From IMG/VR virus record IMGVR_UViG_3300010430_003968: a stretch of 15,838 nt of DNA; one strand, 5' to 3'. Positions 14,483-15,838 of the stretch are shown in pieces. A program made the position numbers and the translations under genes. The notes below the pieces were generated by a model, which saw only the letters and a list, made by a program, of their open reading frames with translations, made no database searches and was not told the origin of the DNA. How positions within the stretch are numbered: the stretch's first letter is position 1; each line of letters starts with the position of its first letter. Origin of the DNA: a virus.

Positions 14483-14830
14483 ATGCCGTGGTGGTTCTGG
14501 ATAATAACACATGTGTGGGTCATTTGCAGTACTATAATGGTTTTTTACCAATTAGAGAATGATGAGTATGATGGCGAACACTGGGTATGGAAATTATTCT
14601 TGGGATTCATATGCTTATTAGGACCCATCGCTTTCATAATAGCGATTTGTGGAGCTATTTGGGAGGAGAAAAACGTGTGGAGTAAAATTAAAGACAAATG
14701 GTTATTCAGAAAGTTAAGACAATTTGGTAAATGGTTTAAAGAAATTAGAAATAGAAGAAAAGACTTTAAAGAATGTGATGATAATGAGGATGAATGGCGA
14801 ATAGAAAGACTAGGAATAAAATCGAAGTAA
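14483..14830 (+). CDS. Small membrane protein (two predicted TM helices), Trp-rich.
   Basis: AAAGGA 8 nt upstream. Hydrophobic segments WWFWIITHVWVICSTIMVF and LFLGFICLLGPIAFIIAICGAIW. Confidence 0.55.
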   Translation: MPWWFWIITHVWVICSTIMVFYQLENDEYDGEHWVWKLFLGFICLLGPIAFIIAICGAIWEEKNVWSKIKDKWLFRKLRQFGKWFKEIRNRRKDFKECDDNEDEWRIERLGIKSK

Positions 14831-15474
14831 TAAGAGCAACAAAGTTTCCTGATTTGTTAGTTGTGACACCATTAAAATCAGGAGATTGGGTAAGCAAGGA
14901 TACAAAAAAGACAATTAAGAGAAATACTCTGAAGTACTTTTGGATATCCAGCGAAGGCGATCATAATATACCAACCAACGCTTTAGAAGGTATAAAATGG
15001 GCAAAGAAAAATATCCCAGACCTTCCTAAGTACTACATAATGATAGACAGGGATATAGTACTCGGTAGGAATATGTTGGATAGATTGTATAAAGCTTTAA
15101 AGGATTCGGAAGATAATATTGGATTTGCATATGCGGGGTTTGAATTTAAAGGAGCTGTAAATAGGAAGTTCCCGGCTGATCCTTGGGATTTAAGTCGTTT
15201 GACACAAGGCAATTACATTAGTTCAAACTCAATGTTTAAAATGAGTGTAATTGATAAAGTAGGTTTAGTTACTGATAACAAGTATAAACGACTTCTTGAC
15301 TGGGCTTTTCTATTGAAATGCGCATCTTATGGATACCATGGCCTAAACGTACCAACCGCCCGATTCATAGCTATATCAGAACCGGGCGATGTGTCTGCGG
15401 GTGGTCAACAAGATTATTGGATAAAACACCAAAGAGTTTATGACGACTTTATAAAACCTTTTGTTAGTGATTAG
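14794..15474 (+). CDS. Putative GT-A fold (family 2-like) glycosyltransferase, 226 aa.
   Basis: The spacing of LLVVTPLKSGD ... YIMIDRDIVL (DxD-like) ... NYISSNSMFKMSVIDKVG ... YKRLLDWAFLLKCASYGY resembles GT2 motif order. GAGGA 5 nt upstream. Overlaps the upstream ORF by 37 nt. Confidence 0.45.
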   Translation: MANRKTRNKIEVIRATKFPDLLVVTPLKSGDWVSKDTKKTIKRNTLKYFWISSEGDHNIPTNALEGIKWAKKNIPDLPKYYIMIDRDIVLGRNMLDRLYKALKDSEDNIGFAYAGFEFKGAVNRKFPADPWDLSRLTQGNYISSNSMFKMSVIDKVGLVTDNKYKRLLDWAFLLKCASYGYHGLNVPTARFIAISEPGDVSAGGQQDYWIKHQRVYDDFIKPFVSD

Positions 15475-15743
15475 CTAAAGAAGTCATCCACATCGAAGCT
15501 TTTCTTAGCGGTATCAGGACCACAATCACCACCAACACATTTCGGATCACAGTCGTCGTCGCATGTCCATGGCTCATCAGCGTTCCAGATATCCGGTTTA
15601 TTACCGGTGTCCCAGGTAGCGCCTCTGCTTTTCTTTGGCGTACCCCAATCATCTATATCTTCTTCTAGTTCAAGTTCAATTTCTTCTTCTTCACTTGATA
15701 TTTCAAAATCATCATCTTCGAATATGTCACCAAATAAACCCAT
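15471..15743 (-). CDS. Very acidic, Trp- and Cys-containing small protein (90 aa; MGLFGDIFEDDDFE...CDDDCDPKCVGGDCGPD...).
   Basis: I chose the minus-strand ATG at 15743 because AAGGAG lies 9 nt upstream. The track's 15767 start falls inside the neighbouring ORF. Its stop overlaps the + strand stop as TTAG/CTAA. Confidence 0.55.
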   Translation of the reverse strand: MGLFGDIFEDDDFEISSEEEEIELELEEDIDDWGTPKKSRGATWDTGNKPDIWNADEPWTCDDDCDPKCVGGDCGPDTAKKSFDVDDFFS

Positions 15744-15748
15744 TATTT

Positions 15749-15838
15749 TTACTCCTTTGAATCCCATACTACATTATCTAAACCTTCTTGACTATCCCAA
15801 TCAAACCTTTTCAAAGCGTCAACAAAATCTTCTTGTGG
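15749..15838 (-). CDS. 3' end of a minus-strand ORF that continues beyond the window (…PQEDFVDALKRFDWDSQEGLDNVVWDSKE*).
   Basis: It is the only open frame on the minus strand from the window edge. It ends at a TAA just upstream of the RBS and start of the next minus-strand gene. Confidence 0.4.
   Translation of the reverse strand, partial: PQEDFVDALKRFDWDSQEGLDNVVWDSKE

Noticed and set aside
14613-14640. MotA-box-like ATGCTTATT followed by CATAAT (a possible T4 middle promoter)
   Set aside because: The spacing is about 16 nt, which is too long, and the -10 is imperfect. It is internal to ORF 14483-14830, and there is no evidence this phage uses a MotA/AsiA system.
15471-15510. Imperfect inverted repeat GCTAAAGAAG...CTTTTCTTAGC at the convergent gene junction, a possible bidirectional terminator
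   Set aside because: The stem has several mismatches and no flanking T or A runs. The two genes overlap at their stops instead.
15464-15652. Minus-strand 62-aa ORF overlapping 15471-15743
   Set aside because: It is an alternative frame of the acidic-protein gene, with no independent support.
15744-15767. Minus-strand start at 15767 (MGFKGVKIMGLF...) from the ORF track
   Set aside because: That ATG lies inside the 3' end of the neighbouring minus-strand ORF (15749-15838) in a different frame. The internal ATG at 15743 is preceded by AAGGAG at 9 nt.
1-15838. Checked for tRNA genes, CRISPR repeats, transposase or integrase genes, and homing-endonuclease (GIY-YIG/HNH) ORFs
   Set aside because: There are no non-coding stretches long enough for a tRNA and no cloverleaf-like sequences. 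There are no spaced direct-repeat arrays and no recognisable mobile-element enzymes. Coding density is near-continuous.

Overview
This window is a T4-like (Straboviridae-type) phage segment. It is AT-rich (mid-30s % GC by eye) and densely packed with coding sequence, and almost every gene is on the + strand. It carries a late-transcription and recombination module whose core genes I recognise by direct similarity to T4 proteins: the 3' part of the gp55 late sigma factor (1-450), the gp47 Mre11/SbcD-like nuclease (465-1448), the gp46 Rad50/SbcC-like ATPase (7532-9715) and the UvsX RecA-like recombinase (10584-11711). In T4, genes 47 and 46 are contiguous. Here they are separated by an accessory island of about 6 kb (1441-7525). 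The centrepiece of the island is an ~829-aa ORF (3776-6265). By eye it matches eukaryotic major vault protein (MVP) along its whole length: N-terminal MVP repeats, the shoulder domain, the cap-helix coiled coil and the cap-ring tail. This ORF sits inside its own transcription unit, with a sigma70-like promoter at 2114-2142 and a strong rho-independent terminator at 6275-6298. Upstream of it, translationally coupled, are an HExxH (SprT-like) zinc-protease-like protein, a small membrane protein and a lipoprotein. Downstream are a membrane-anchored protein with tryptophan-acidic repeats and heptad repeats, and a 61-aa ORF with a type IV prepilin/pseudopilin-like N-terminus (FTLIE motif). After uvsX comes a chain of small Cys-rich, basic and otherwise unassignable ORFs. 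These are followed by a putative GT-A fold glycosyltransferase and two convergent minus-strand acidic, Trp-rich ORFs at the 3' edge. I found no tRNA, CRISPR array, transposase or canonical T4 late promoter (TATAAATA).
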